DNA of 64,000 nucleotides from Candidatus Eiseniibacteriota bacterium (GTDB lineage Bacteria > Eisenbacteria > RBG-16-71-46), in assembly GCA_031370785.1 (NCBI GenBank), contig JANMQY010000060.1, positions 4,826 through 68,825 of the forward strand. The letters are read 5' to 3'. A program made the translations under genes and the position numbers. The notes under the pieces were generated by a model that worked only from the letters and a program-made list of their open reading frames with translations, ran no database searches and was not told the origin of the DNA. The first letter of the stretch is position 1. The number at the start of each line of letters is the position of its first letter. Shown here piece by piece: positions 27,586 through 35,786 of this stretch.

Positions 27586-27628
27586 TAATTAGTCTGGACA
27601 AATCCGGCTCTTAGTCTAGCCTAACCGC
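27586..27628. promoter_or_regulatory. DtxR/IdeR/MntR-box-like operator immediately upstream of the DtxR-family regulator gene
   Basis: cTTAGTCTAGCCTAACCgc matches 13 of 19 positions of the TTAGGTTAGGCTAACCTAA DtxR consensus. A second partial half-site, aTTAGTCTGGACaa, lies 20 nt upstream. The site abuts the ATG at 27631. Confidence 0.45.
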
Positions 27629-27630
27629 GC

Positions 27631-28329
27631 ATGACGACCCGACGGCCGCCCCGCACGCTTTCGCGCTCGCGCCAGGACTACCTCAAGGCGCTCTACGTGT
27701 TGGACCCATCCGGCGGCGCGGTGCCTCCCTCGCGCATCGCCGCCCGTCTCGGAGTCTCCGCACCTTCGGTGACCAACATGCTGCAGACCCTCGCCGCGGA
27801 GGGGCTGGTGAATCACCCGCGCCGCGCGGGCGCGAACCTGACGGCCGAGGGGCGCCGCCAGGCGCTCACCATGGTGCGCCGTCACCGCGTGCTCGAGACG
27901 TTTCTCGCGCGCGTGCTTGGTCTCGACTGGTCCGAGGTTCACGAAGAGGCCGAGGTGCTCGAGCACCACATCAGCGATCGCGTGCTCGATGCGATCGACC
28001 GGCTGATGTCCCACCCGAGCGAAGATCCGCACGGGCATCCGATCCCGGACGGGCACGGGCGCCTCGCGCGCCGGGCGCTCGCTCCGCTGGTCACGCTTCC
28101 GCTTGGCGCAAGGGCCACGGTGCGCGAGATCCGTGACCGCGACCGGCGGCGCATGGCGGCGTGGAAGATCGCGGGGCTGGTGCCGGGGGCGCGGGTGCGC
28201 ATGTGCGAGGTGCGCGCGCTCGACGATGTCTTCGAGCTCGAGGTCGAGGGACGGCGTCTCGTGACCGGCAGCGAAGGGCTGGACGGCATACTGGTCGAGC
28301 GCAGGCGCGGGAGCGGCGATGCGCGCTGA
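27631..28329 (+). CDS. DtxR/MntR family metal-dependent transcriptional repressor with FeoA-like C-terminal domain
   Basis: SRQDYLKALYVL...RIAARLGVSAPSVTNMLQTLAAEGLV (HTH), the metal-site helix HRVLETFL, and a C-terminal SH3-like/FeoA region. Confidence 0.8.
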   Translation: MTTRRPPRTLSRSRQDYLKALYVLDPSGGAVPPSRIAARLGVSAPSVTNMLQTLAAEGLVNHPRRAGANLTAEGRRQALTMVRRHRVLETFLARVLGLDWSEVHEEAEVLEHHISDRVLDAIDRLMSHPSEDPHGHPIPDGHGRLARRALAPLVTLPLGARATVREIRDRDRRRMAAWKIAGLVPGARVRMCEVRALDDVFELEVEGRRLVTGSEGLDGILVERRRGSGDAR

Positions 28330-30328
28330 CGCGGAGGGCCGCTCGCTTCCCGAGGTCCATTCCTCGGTCGCGCTGCCCGGCGTGAATCGCTCGTGGCTGC
28401 GCCGGCTGTTTGCCTTTGCGGGTCCCGCCTATCTGGTGAGCGTCGGCTACATGGATCCGGGCAACTGGGCCACCGACCTCGCGGGCGGCGCGCGATTCGG
28501 CATGCAGCTGCTGTGGGTGCTGCTCATGAGCAACCTCATGGCGGTCCTGCTCCAGACGCTGAGCGCGCGGCTCGGGGTGGTGACCGGACGCGACCTCGCG
28601 CAGGCGTGCCGCGACTGGTATCCGCGGCCGCTGGTGGTTCCGCTGTGGCTGCTGTGCGAGGTCGCGATCGTGGCCTGCGATCTGGCCGAAGTGCTGGGCG
28701 CGGCGATCGGGCTCAAGCTCCTGTTCGGCGTGCCGCTGCTGTGGGGAGTGCTGCTGACCGCGTCCGATGTGTTGCTGCTGCTCGCGCTGTCGCGGCTCGG
28801 CATGCGCCGGCTCGAGGCGATCATCGTGGTGCTGGTCCTGACCATCGGCGGCTGCTTCGCGATCGAGATGATTCTGGCGAGGCCCGATCTGCCCGCGGTG
28901 CTGCGCGGCCTGATTCCGCGCGATCCGGAGGGACACTTCACCCTGTTCCAGGTCGGCCCCGATGGGCCGCGCGTGCTCGGGCTGAATCGCGACTCGCTCT
29001 ACATCGCGATGGGAATCCTGGGCGCTACCGTGATGCCGCACAACCTCTACCTGCACAGCGCGCTGGTCCAGAGCCGCTCGGTCGAAAATTCGCCCAAGGC
29101 CAAGCGCGAAGCGTGCCGCATGAACCTGGTGGATTCCGTGGTCGCGCTCAACTGTGCCTTCTTCGTGAACGCCGCGATCCTCATACTGGCCGCGGCCGCG
29201 TTCCACACCACCGGGCATTCGGACGTGGCGAAGCTCGAGGATGCGCACCGGCTGCTTGCGCCTCTGCTCGGCACCGGACTCGCCTCGACGCTGTTCGCGG
29301 TCGCGCTGCTCAGTTCTGGACAGGCCAGCACCATCACCGGCACGCTCGCCGGACAGATCGTGCTCGAGGGATTCCTTCACATCCGCATCCGTCCGTGGCT
29401 GCGCCGCATGATCAGCCGCGGGCTGGCCATCATTCCCGCGGTGGCGTTCATCGCGATCCGCGGCACCAACGCGGTCGACGAGCTGCTGGTGCTGTCGCAG
29501 GTGGTGCTGAGCATGCAGCTGGCATTCGCTGTGGTTCCGCTGATCTCGTTCACCAGCGACCGGCGCAAGATGGGGGACTTCGTCTCGCCGTGGTGGGTGA
29601 TCGGGCTCGCCTTTGTGAGCGCCACGATCATCATCGGGCTCAACGCCAATCTCGTGCTGCAGCAGTTGACCGCGTGGAATGCGGCCGCGGGCCCCGGCGG
29701 CGCGTGGTTCCTGTGGATCGTGGTGCCGCTGGTCGGCGCCCTCGCGCTGATGCTCCTCTATCTCATTCTTGCGCCGCTGATCGAACGCGTGGCGCCCCAA
29801 CTGGTGCGACCCGGAATCGAGCACGTTCCCACCGGAGCTTCGCCGCATGCCGGGGGCGTGGCCGAACGGCCATCGCTCGTCACGCTACCGGCCGGCCCGC
29901 ATCGTCGGGTCGCGGTCGCGCTCGAGCTGGGTCCCGCGGACGCATCGGCGCTCGAGGCCGTGCGCACGCTCGCGATGGACGCGGACGGCGAGGTGATCCT
30001 GCTGCACGTGGTCGAGAGCGCGGCGGGGCAATACCTCGGTCCCGAGGCTGCGGACGCCGAGGCGCGCGAGGATCGCGCCACGCTCGAGTCGCTGGCCGAG
30101 GAGCTGCGCGCGCGCGGGCTGCGCTCGCGCGTCAGACTCGGGTTCGGCAGCGTGACGTCCGAGCTGGCCCGCATGGTCAATGAGGAGGGCGCCGATCTGC
30201 TCGTCACCGGTTCCCACGGGCACCGGTTGATCGGAGACCTGATCCACGGCTCGACCATCTCGGGCCTGCGTCACCTCGTGCGCTGCCCGGTGCTGACCGT
30301 GCCCACGGCGGGTCGACCTCGCGCCTAG
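28319..30328 (+). CDS. mntH: NRAMP family divalent metal transporter (MntH-like) fused to C-terminal universal stress protein (USP) domain
   Basis: Carries the NRAMP motifs GPAYLVSVGYMDPGNWATDLAGGA and MPHNLYLHSALV. The C-terminal roughly 140 aa have ...VILLHVVESAAG...GADLLVTGSHGHRLIGDLIHGSTISGLRHLVRCPVLTV, a UspA fold. The start overlaps the regulator gene by 11 nt. Confidence 0.8.
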   Translation: MRADAEGRSLPEVHSSVALPGVNRSWLRRLFAFAGPAYLVSVGYMDPGNWATDLAGGARFGMQLLWVLLMSNLMAVLLQTLSARLGVVTGRDLAQACRDWYPRPLVVPLWLLCEVAIVACDLAEVLGAAIGLKLLFGVPLLWGVLLTASDVLLLLALSRLGMRRLEAIIVVLVLTIGGCFAIEMILARPDLPAVLRGLIPRDPEGHFTLFQVGPDGPRVLGLNRDSLYIAMGILGATVMPHNLYLHSALVQSRSVENSPKAKREACRMNLVDSVVALNCAFFVNAAILILAAAAFHTTGHSDVAKLEDAHRLLAPLLGTGLASTLFAVALLSSGQASTITGTLAGQIVLEGFLHIRIRPWLRRMISRGLAIIPAVAFIAIRGTNAVDELLVLSQVVLSMQLAFAVVPLISFTSDRRKMGDFVSPWWVIGLAFVSATIIIGLNANLVLQQLTAWNAAAGPGGAWFLWIVVPLVGALALMLLYLILAPLIERVAPQLVRPGIEHVPTGASPHAGGVAERPSLVTLPAGPHRRVAVALELGPADASALEAVRTLAMDADGEVILLHVVESAAGQYLGPEAADAEAREDRATLESLAEELRARGLRSRVRLGFGSVTSELARMVNEEGADLLVTGSHGHRLIGDLIHGSTISGLRHLVRCPVLTVPTAGRPRA

Positions 30329-30435
30329 GTTGAACCAGCGGGGGTCGGGTCCTAGAATGCGCGCTCGCTTCCCGCGCAACTCACGCACCCGATGGGAGAG
30401 CCCGCCTTGCGCCGTCCTTCCGGATCGAACTCGAG

Positions 30436-30921
30436 ATGAGCGATCGCCTGATCCACGGCGCGGTCGCCGCGACCTGCGCCGATGTGGTCGATGCCGGAAT
30501 GGACCTGCTCGCGCACTACGAGTTGGCGGCGCTCGCGGTGCTCGATGGGCACGAGCGTCCGGGCGAGCTGCCGCAGGTGAGGCGCCGGCTGCGCGCCGAG
30601 GGCATTCGCGCCAGCGAGCACCGCGGTGTGCTGCTGCTCGCCCCGGGCGAGCTGGATCAGTGCTCGTCCATCGGACTTCTGGGCGGCGCGGAAGAGATCT
30701 TCCTGTGCTCGGAGTGGAACGACGAGTTCGAGTCCTTCCCCGGGCGCATCGCGGGCGAAGGGCTGAACTTCGAGGAGAGCACTCCGCTCGGGCTCGAGGA
30801 ATGGATGATCGACGCGCACTGCCTTCTCGCGATCGGCGATGGGCGCCTGCTCAACTTTGCGACCCTGGATCGCGAACTGGCGGCGAGACTGCGCAAGCGC
30901 TTCAAGCCCGCTCGTCGCTGA
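30436..30921 (+). CDS. hypothetical protein
   Basis: A 161-aa acidic protein with no recognisable motif. Its stop is 8 nt upstream of the ATG of the downstream hydrolase. Confidence 0.45.
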   Translation: MSDRLIHGAVAATCADVVDAGMDLLAHYELAALAVLDGHERPGELPQVRRRLRAEGIRASEHRGVLLLAPGELDQCSSIGLLGGAEEIFLCSEWNDEFESFPGRIAGEGLNFEESTPLGLEEWMIDAHCLLAIGDGRLLNFATLDRELAARLRKRFKPARR

Positions 30922-30928
30922 TCTCCGC

Positions 30929-31588
30929 ATGACCGGTGGCGGCACTCGGCTCGTTCCGCTGACCCTGGCGGGCCCCTCAGGCGCGCTCGAAGCGCTGCTG
31001 CAGGAGCACGCTGGCCAGCGCGCCGCGCTGGCCGCGCTGGTATGCCATCCGCATCCGCTCTACGGCGGCACGCTCCACAACAAGGTGGTGCACCGCATCG
31101 CCTCCACGCTGCATGCGCTGGGGTCGACCGTACTGCGCTTCAATTTTCGCGGGGTGGGAAAGAGCGAAGGACGCTACGACAATGGCGAGGGCGAGCTCGA
31201 CGATGCGCGCGCGGCGCTCGCCGAGCTGCGGCGCCGCGTCCCCGCAGCCCGCTGCTGGGTCGCTGGCTTTTCGTTCGGCTCCTGGATCGCGGCGCGCCTT
31301 GCGGCTTCCGCCGCCGAGGTCGAGCGCCTGATCCTGGTGGCGCCTCCGGTTTCGACGCAGGACTTCTCGGTGCTCCGCACCGCGAGCGTGCCCAAGCTGA
31401 TCATCCAGGGCACGGCGGACGTCACCTGCCGGCCCCAGGAGCTGGCGAAGCAGCTGCCGCTCTGGGCCGAACCGAAGCGGCTGATCCTGATCGAAGGCGC
31501 CTCGCACTTCTTCGATCGCCAGCTCGGGGCGCTGGGGGAGGCGCTCCAGCGCGAGCTCGAAGGTCCGGCGAAGCACCCCTCGCGCTGA
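30929..31588 (+). CDS. alpha/beta-fold hydrolase
   Basis: Internal ATG start MTGGGTRLVPL.... It has the nucleophile elbow GFSFGSW and ...CHPHPLYGG..., and is 219 aa. Confidence 0.65.
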   Translation: MTGGGTRLVPLTLAGPSGALEALLQEHAGQRAALAALVCHPHPLYGGTLHNKVVHRIASTLHALGSTVLRFNFRGVGKSEGRYDNGEGELDDARAALAELRRRVPAARCWVAGFSFGSWIAARLAASAAEVERLILVAPPVSTQDFSVLRTASVPKLIIQGTADVTCRPQELAKQLPLWAEPKRLILIEGASHFFDRQLGALGEALQRELEGPAKHPSR

Positions 31589-31610
31589 AGCAGGCGCCGG
31601 CGCTGCGCGC

Positions 31611-32531
31611 TCAGCCCTCGGCCTTGAGTCCGCCGCCTTCGCGCGCGCGGGCGCGCTCGCTTTCGAGCGCGGGCTCGACGTGCACCACGACGTCGGTGAG
31701 CCCGAGCCAGCGCTCGCGCAGCCGGCGCTCCACGCGATGGCCGATCGCATGCGCTGCGGCGAGCGACAGCTCGGGGTCGACCAGGATGTGAAGGTCGAGG
31801 TGGATGTCATCGAGCGGGCCGCGCGAGCGAACGTTGTGCGCCTCGATCACGCCCGGCTCCTCGATCGCGGTCTGCTCGATCAGCTCGGGCGCGATGCGGC
31901 GCTCGTCCGACAGCGTCGAGAGCGTGCCCTTCAGGAGCCCGAAGCCGGCGTGCAGGATGAGCACCACGATCAGCGCTGCCGCAACGAGGTCGGCGTAGGG
32001 AACGTGAAGGCGGGCGGCAGCGAAGCTGACCAGCACCAGCAGGCTCGCGAACACGTCGCTGCGCGTGTGCGCGGCGTCGGCCAGCAGAAGCTCGCTCTGA
32101 AGTATTCGCCCTTCGCGGCTCTCGACCGCGACCACGATCAGATTGATCACGAGCGTGAGCGAGAGAACGATGAACGCTTCGAGCGTGATGTGTGGCGCCT
32201 GCCCCTGCTTCATCTGGGCGGCCGCGGTCAGCACCAGCTGGTAGCAGCCGAAGAACATGACGCCGGCCACTCCGAGCGCGGCAAAGGTCTCGTACTTGCG
32301 GTGTCCGTACGGATGGTTGGCGTCGGGCGGGCGGCTCGAGGCGAAGATACCGATCAGCGCGACCACGTTGCCCGAGGCGTCGATCAGAGAGTGGATCCCA
32401 TCGGCGGTCAGGGCGACCGCGCCAACCCGCATCCCGTAGAACAGCTTGGCGAGCGCGACCAGCAGATTGAGGCCGAGGATCGCCCACAGGACGCGAATGA
32501 CGCGGCGCGTGCGCGGGGTGGGTTTGTTCAA
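31611..32531 (-). CDS. cation diffusion facilitator (CDF) family metal efflux transporter
   Basis: AAGGAG plus a 7-nt spacer precede a TTG start. The product MNKPTPRTRRVIRVLWAILGLNLLVALAKLFYGMRVGAVALTADGIHSLIDA... has six TM helices, HPYGHRKYE, and a C-terminal cytoplasmic domain. The other 500 codons of the track ORF are spurious. Confidence 0.8.
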   Translation of the reverse strand: MNKPTPRTRRVIRVLWAILGLNLLVALAKLFYGMRVGAVALTADGIHSLIDASGNVVALIGIFASSRPPDANHPYGHRKYETFAALGVAGVMFFGCYQLVLTAAAQMKQGQAPHITLEAFIVLSLTLVINLIVVAVESREGRILQSELLLADAAHTRSDVFASLLVLVSFAAARLHVPYADLVAAALIVVLILHAGFGLLKGTLSTLSDERRIAPELIEQTAIEEPGVIEAHNVRSRGPLDDIHLDLHILVDPELSLAAAHAIGHRVERRLRERWLGLTDVVVHVEPALESERARAREGGGLKAEG

Positions 32532-32789
32532 CCGGGAACTCCTTGCGGGGTCGGGCCGTCGAGCCGAGCGGCCGCCTGAGGGTACCGAGACCCTGCGCAT
32601 CATGAACTGCGCGGCGCACCTGCGCAAATCCGGGGTCGCGCTCGTCGCCGATGCCGGCGCGCTGGTCCGCGCGGGTCGACCCCTTACCGTGTCCTCCGGT
32701 ATGGTCGTTCGTCCCTGCCTGTGACGGGCGGATCGGACCGTGCCGGGATTGCGGCATCCAACTCGACTCGCCCCCCTGAAGGAGGTTGA

Positions 32790-34262
32790 TTGAATCGCAA
32801 ACGCATCTGGATCGCGGTCGGGGTGGTTGCCGTGGTCGTCGTCGCGGGATGGTGGATCAAGTCGCGCGGCAAGACCACCGCACCGAAGTGGCGGACCGCC
32901 ACGGTCGAGCGCGGATCGATCGAATCGCTGGTGTCCGCAACCGGCACCATCCGCCCGGTGGTTCAGGTACAGGTGGGCAGCCAGGTGAGCGGCACGGTCC
33001 TCGCGCTCTACGCCGACTACAACAAGCGCGTGAAGAAGGGTGACGTGCTGCTGCGGCTCGATCCCGCGTCCTTCCAGGCGCGCCTCGCGCAGAACGAAGC
33101 GGCGGTCGCGCGCGCCGATGCGGCGCTCAGGGATGCGCAGCGCCAGCTCAAGCGCGCGCAGGAGCTGTTTCCGCAGAGCTATATCTCTCAGGCCGAGCTG
33201 GACGGGGCCATGCTTGCGGTCGAACAGCGTCAGGCCGACCTCAAGCAGGCGCGAGCGACACTTCAGGCCGCGCAGGTGGACCTGACCAACGCCACCATCC
33301 GCGCGCCGATCGACGGGGTCGTGATCTCGCGCTCGGTGGATGTCGGGCAGACCGTCGCGGCCAGCCTCCAGTCGCCGCAGCTCTTCCTGCTCGCGAACGA
33401 CCTCACGCAGATGCAGGTCGAGACGCGCATCGACGAGTCGGACATCGGCCGCATCCATCCGGGGCTCCCGGTAAGCTTCACCGTGGATGCGTTTCCCGAC
33501 GATCAATTCGAGGGCAAGGTGGCGCAGGTGCGGCTCGAGCCCATCACCGACCAGGGCGTGGTCACTTACACCACCGTGATCGAGGCGAACAATCGGGATC
33601 TGAAATTGCGCCCGGGCATGACCGCGAACGTGTCGGTGCTCGTGGATCAGCGTGACGACGTGCTCAAGGTTCCCGCGGTGGCCCTGCGCTTCCGCCCGCC
33701 CGCGGACACGAAGAATCGCGCAGCCCGGGACGCGACCCCCGCGACCGGCGGCGCCGCGGCATCGCCGGCCCCCGGTGCTGCGGCCTCGAGCGCCGGCGCG
33801 ACAACCGGGGATGCGGGCGCGCAGGCAGGCGGTCGCGGGCGGTGGCGAGCCGGTGGTGGCGCGGGCTCGGACTCGGCCGGGGCGCGCATCCGCGCACTGG
33901 TACAGAGCGGAAAGATCACGCGCGATCAGGGGCGCATCATGTTCCAGCAGCTGCGCTCGAACGGCAGTGGCGCAGCCGGCGGCGCGGCCGCGGGCGCGGG
34001 ACGCACGAATCTCAAGCCCGGCACGATCTATGTTCTTCGCGACGGCAAGCCGCAACCGGTACGCGTGCTCACCGGTATCACTGACGGCACGACGGTCGAA
34101 TTGGTCAGCGATCAGATCAAGCCTGGCGACATCGTGGTCACCGGGCAGGAGCTCGCGGCCGCGACCGGTCCCGCACTGACTCCGCCCCCCGGTATGGGCG
34201 GTCCCGTCTTCCGCGGCCCGGGCGGTGGACGCGGCGGCGCCGGAGGCGGGAAAGGGCGATGA
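32790..34262 (+). CDS. efflux transporter periplasmic adaptor subunit (HlyD/MacA-like membrane fusion protein)
   Basis: GAAGGAGG lies upstream of the TTG. It has a TM anchor, coiled-coil hairpin regions (QARLAQNEAAVARADAALRDAQRQLKRAQEL...), and a Gly/Ala-rich C-terminal tail. Confidence 0.8.
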   Translation: MNRKRIWIAVGVVAVVVVAGWWIKSRGKTTAPKWRTATVERGSIESLVSATGTIRPVVQVQVGSQVSGTVLALYADYNKRVKKGDVLLRLDPASFQARLAQNEAAVARADAALRDAQRQLKRAQELFPQSYISQAELDGAMLAVEQRQADLKQARATLQAAQVDLTNATIRAPIDGVVISRSVDVGQTVAASLQSPQLFLLANDLTQMQVETRIDESDIGRIHPGLPVSFTVDAFPDDQFEGKVAQVRLEPITDQGVVTYTTVIEANNRDLKLRPGMTANVSVLVDQRDDVLKVPAVALRFRPPADTKNRAARDATPATGGAAASPAPGAAASSAGATTGDAGAQAGGRGRWRAGGGAGSDSAGARIRALVQSGKITRDQGRIMFQQLRSNGSGAAGGAAAGAGRTNLKPGTIYVLRDGKPQPVRVLTGITDGTTVELVSDQIKPGDIVVTGQELAAATGPALTPPPGMGGPVFRGPGGGRGGAGGGKGR

Positions 34263-35476
34263 TCTTCAGCTCGCTGCTTGCCCTTGGCGTTCAGGCGCTG
34301 TCGCGCAACCGCCTTCGCTCCGCACTCACCGTGCTCGGCATCGTGATCGGGGTCGCGGCGGTGATCGCGACGCTGGCGATCGGCCAGGGCGCGCGTGCCG
34401 CGGTTCAGGCGCAGATCCGCGCGCTGGGCGCGAACGTATTGACCGTGCTTCCGGGCACCATGACCGCGGGCGGTGTGCGCATGGGTTCGGGCAGCACTAT
34501 CACGCTCACGCCTGACGACGCGATCGCGATCCGGCGCGAGTGCCCGGCGCTGGCCGCGGCCGCTCCCGCGGTTCGCACCACCGCGCAGCTGGTCGCGGCC
34601 AATCAGAACTGGAGCACGCAGGTCCAGGGCACGACCGCCGACTATCCCATCATCCGTTCGTGGCCGGTGGCGGACGGGGTCTTCATCTCGGATTCGGACG
34701 TGCGTGGCGCCGCCAAGGTCTGCGTGCTCGGCCAGAAGGTGGCGCAGGCGCTGTTCCAGGGCGCAGACCCGATCGGGGCGACGATTCGCATCAAGAACAT
34801 TCCATTCCGCGTGGTCGGTGTGATGTCGCTGAAGGGTGGCACGGGCTTCGGCGGGGATCAGGACGACGTGGTGTTCATTCCGCTCACCACCGCCCAGCAC
34901 AAGCTGCTCGGCATCACTCACGTCAATTCGATCCTGGTCTCCGCGGTCAGCGAGTCGCAGGTCGACGCGGCGGTGACTCAGATCAGCGAGCTGCTGCGCC
35001 AGCGTCACAAGATCAGGCCCGGCACCGACGACGACTTCTTCATTTTCAATCAGAAGGACATCGCCACCACCGCGGAATCCAGCTCCAAGGTGATGACCCT
35101 CCTTCTCGCCAGCATCGCCGCGGTTTCGCTGCTGGTCGGCGGCATCGGGATCATGAACATCATGCTGGTCTCGGTCACCGAGCGCACCCGCGAGATCGGG
35201 ATCCGCCGCGCGATCGGGGCAAGGCGGAACGACATCCTGCTTCAGTTCCTGGTCGAGGCCGCGTTCCTCTCGCTGGCTGGCGGAGCGCTGGGCGTGGCGC
35301 TCGGCATCGTGTCCGCGGTGCTGGTCACGCAGATCGCGCGCTGGCCGACCATGATCCAGCCCTCTTCGGTGCTGCTGGCGTTCGGATTCGCGAGCCTGGT
35401 GGGATTGTTCTTCGGCTTCTACCCCGCGCGCCGCGCCTCGAAGCTCGATCCGATCGACGCCCTGCGCTACGAGTAG
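34259..35476 (+). CDS. ABC transporter permease, MacB/FtsX family
   Basis: MacB_PCD-like periplasmic domain between TM1 and TM2, and an FtsX C-terminal 3-TM bundle (ERTREIGIRRAIGARRNDILLQFLVEAAFLSLAGGALG). Its ATG overlaps the adaptor stop (ATGA). Confidence 0.8.
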   Translation: MIFSSLLALGVQALSRNRLRSALTVLGIVIGVAAVIATLAIGQGARAAVQAQIRALGANVLTVLPGTMTAGGVRMGSGSTITLTPDDAIAIRRECPALAAAAPAVRTTAQLVAANQNWSTQVQGTTADYPIIRSWPVADGVFISDSDVRGAAKVCVLGQKVAQALFQGADPIGATIRIKNIPFRVVGVMSLKGGTGFGGDQDDVVFIPLTTAQHKLLGITHVNSILVSAVSESQVDAAVTQISELLRQRHKIRPGTDDDFFIFNQKDIATTAESSSKVMTLLLASIAAVSLLVGGIGIMNIMLVSVTERTREIGIRRAIGARRNDILLQFLVEAAFLSLAGGALGVALGIVSAVLVTQIARWPTMIQPSSVLLAFGFASLVGLFFGFYPARRASKLDPIDALRYE

Positions 35477-35786
35477 CGCTCAGCGAACGACGGCGCCAGA
35501 CTCAGTGCGGGCACATCCACCCAGGTCTCGGCGGTGACGCGATCGATGCCGCCGTCGAGGTACCCGAGGCGATACGCGTAGCGCTGTCCCGGGGACCTCG
35601 GCCTTCCTGCGCGATGCGATCGATCAGAAGGGCTCGACTGGCCGGGCAGCTTCGTGCTCCACTATGCAGGTTCATCCGGGGCTACTCTCTTCGGGGTTGG
35701 AATGGCCTTAGACACCACCCAACTTTCAGCAGAAGGACCCCGGGTGAATCAACTACCCCTGTGAGCAACCTTCTGAGACTTCACAT

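Noticed and set aside
31611-34055. 814-aa track ORF
   Set aside because: Only the C-terminal 306 aa form a CDF transporter, with its own AAGGAG-TTG start. The upstream part overlaps the opposite-strand HlyD adaptor gene.
35480-35650. Minus-strand 57-codon open frame ending ...GQRYAYRLGYLDGGIDRVTAETWVDVPALSLAPSFAER*
   Set aside because: There is no ATG, GTG or TTG in frame after the upstream TAG. It is kept only as a possible gene remnant within a finding, not as a feature.
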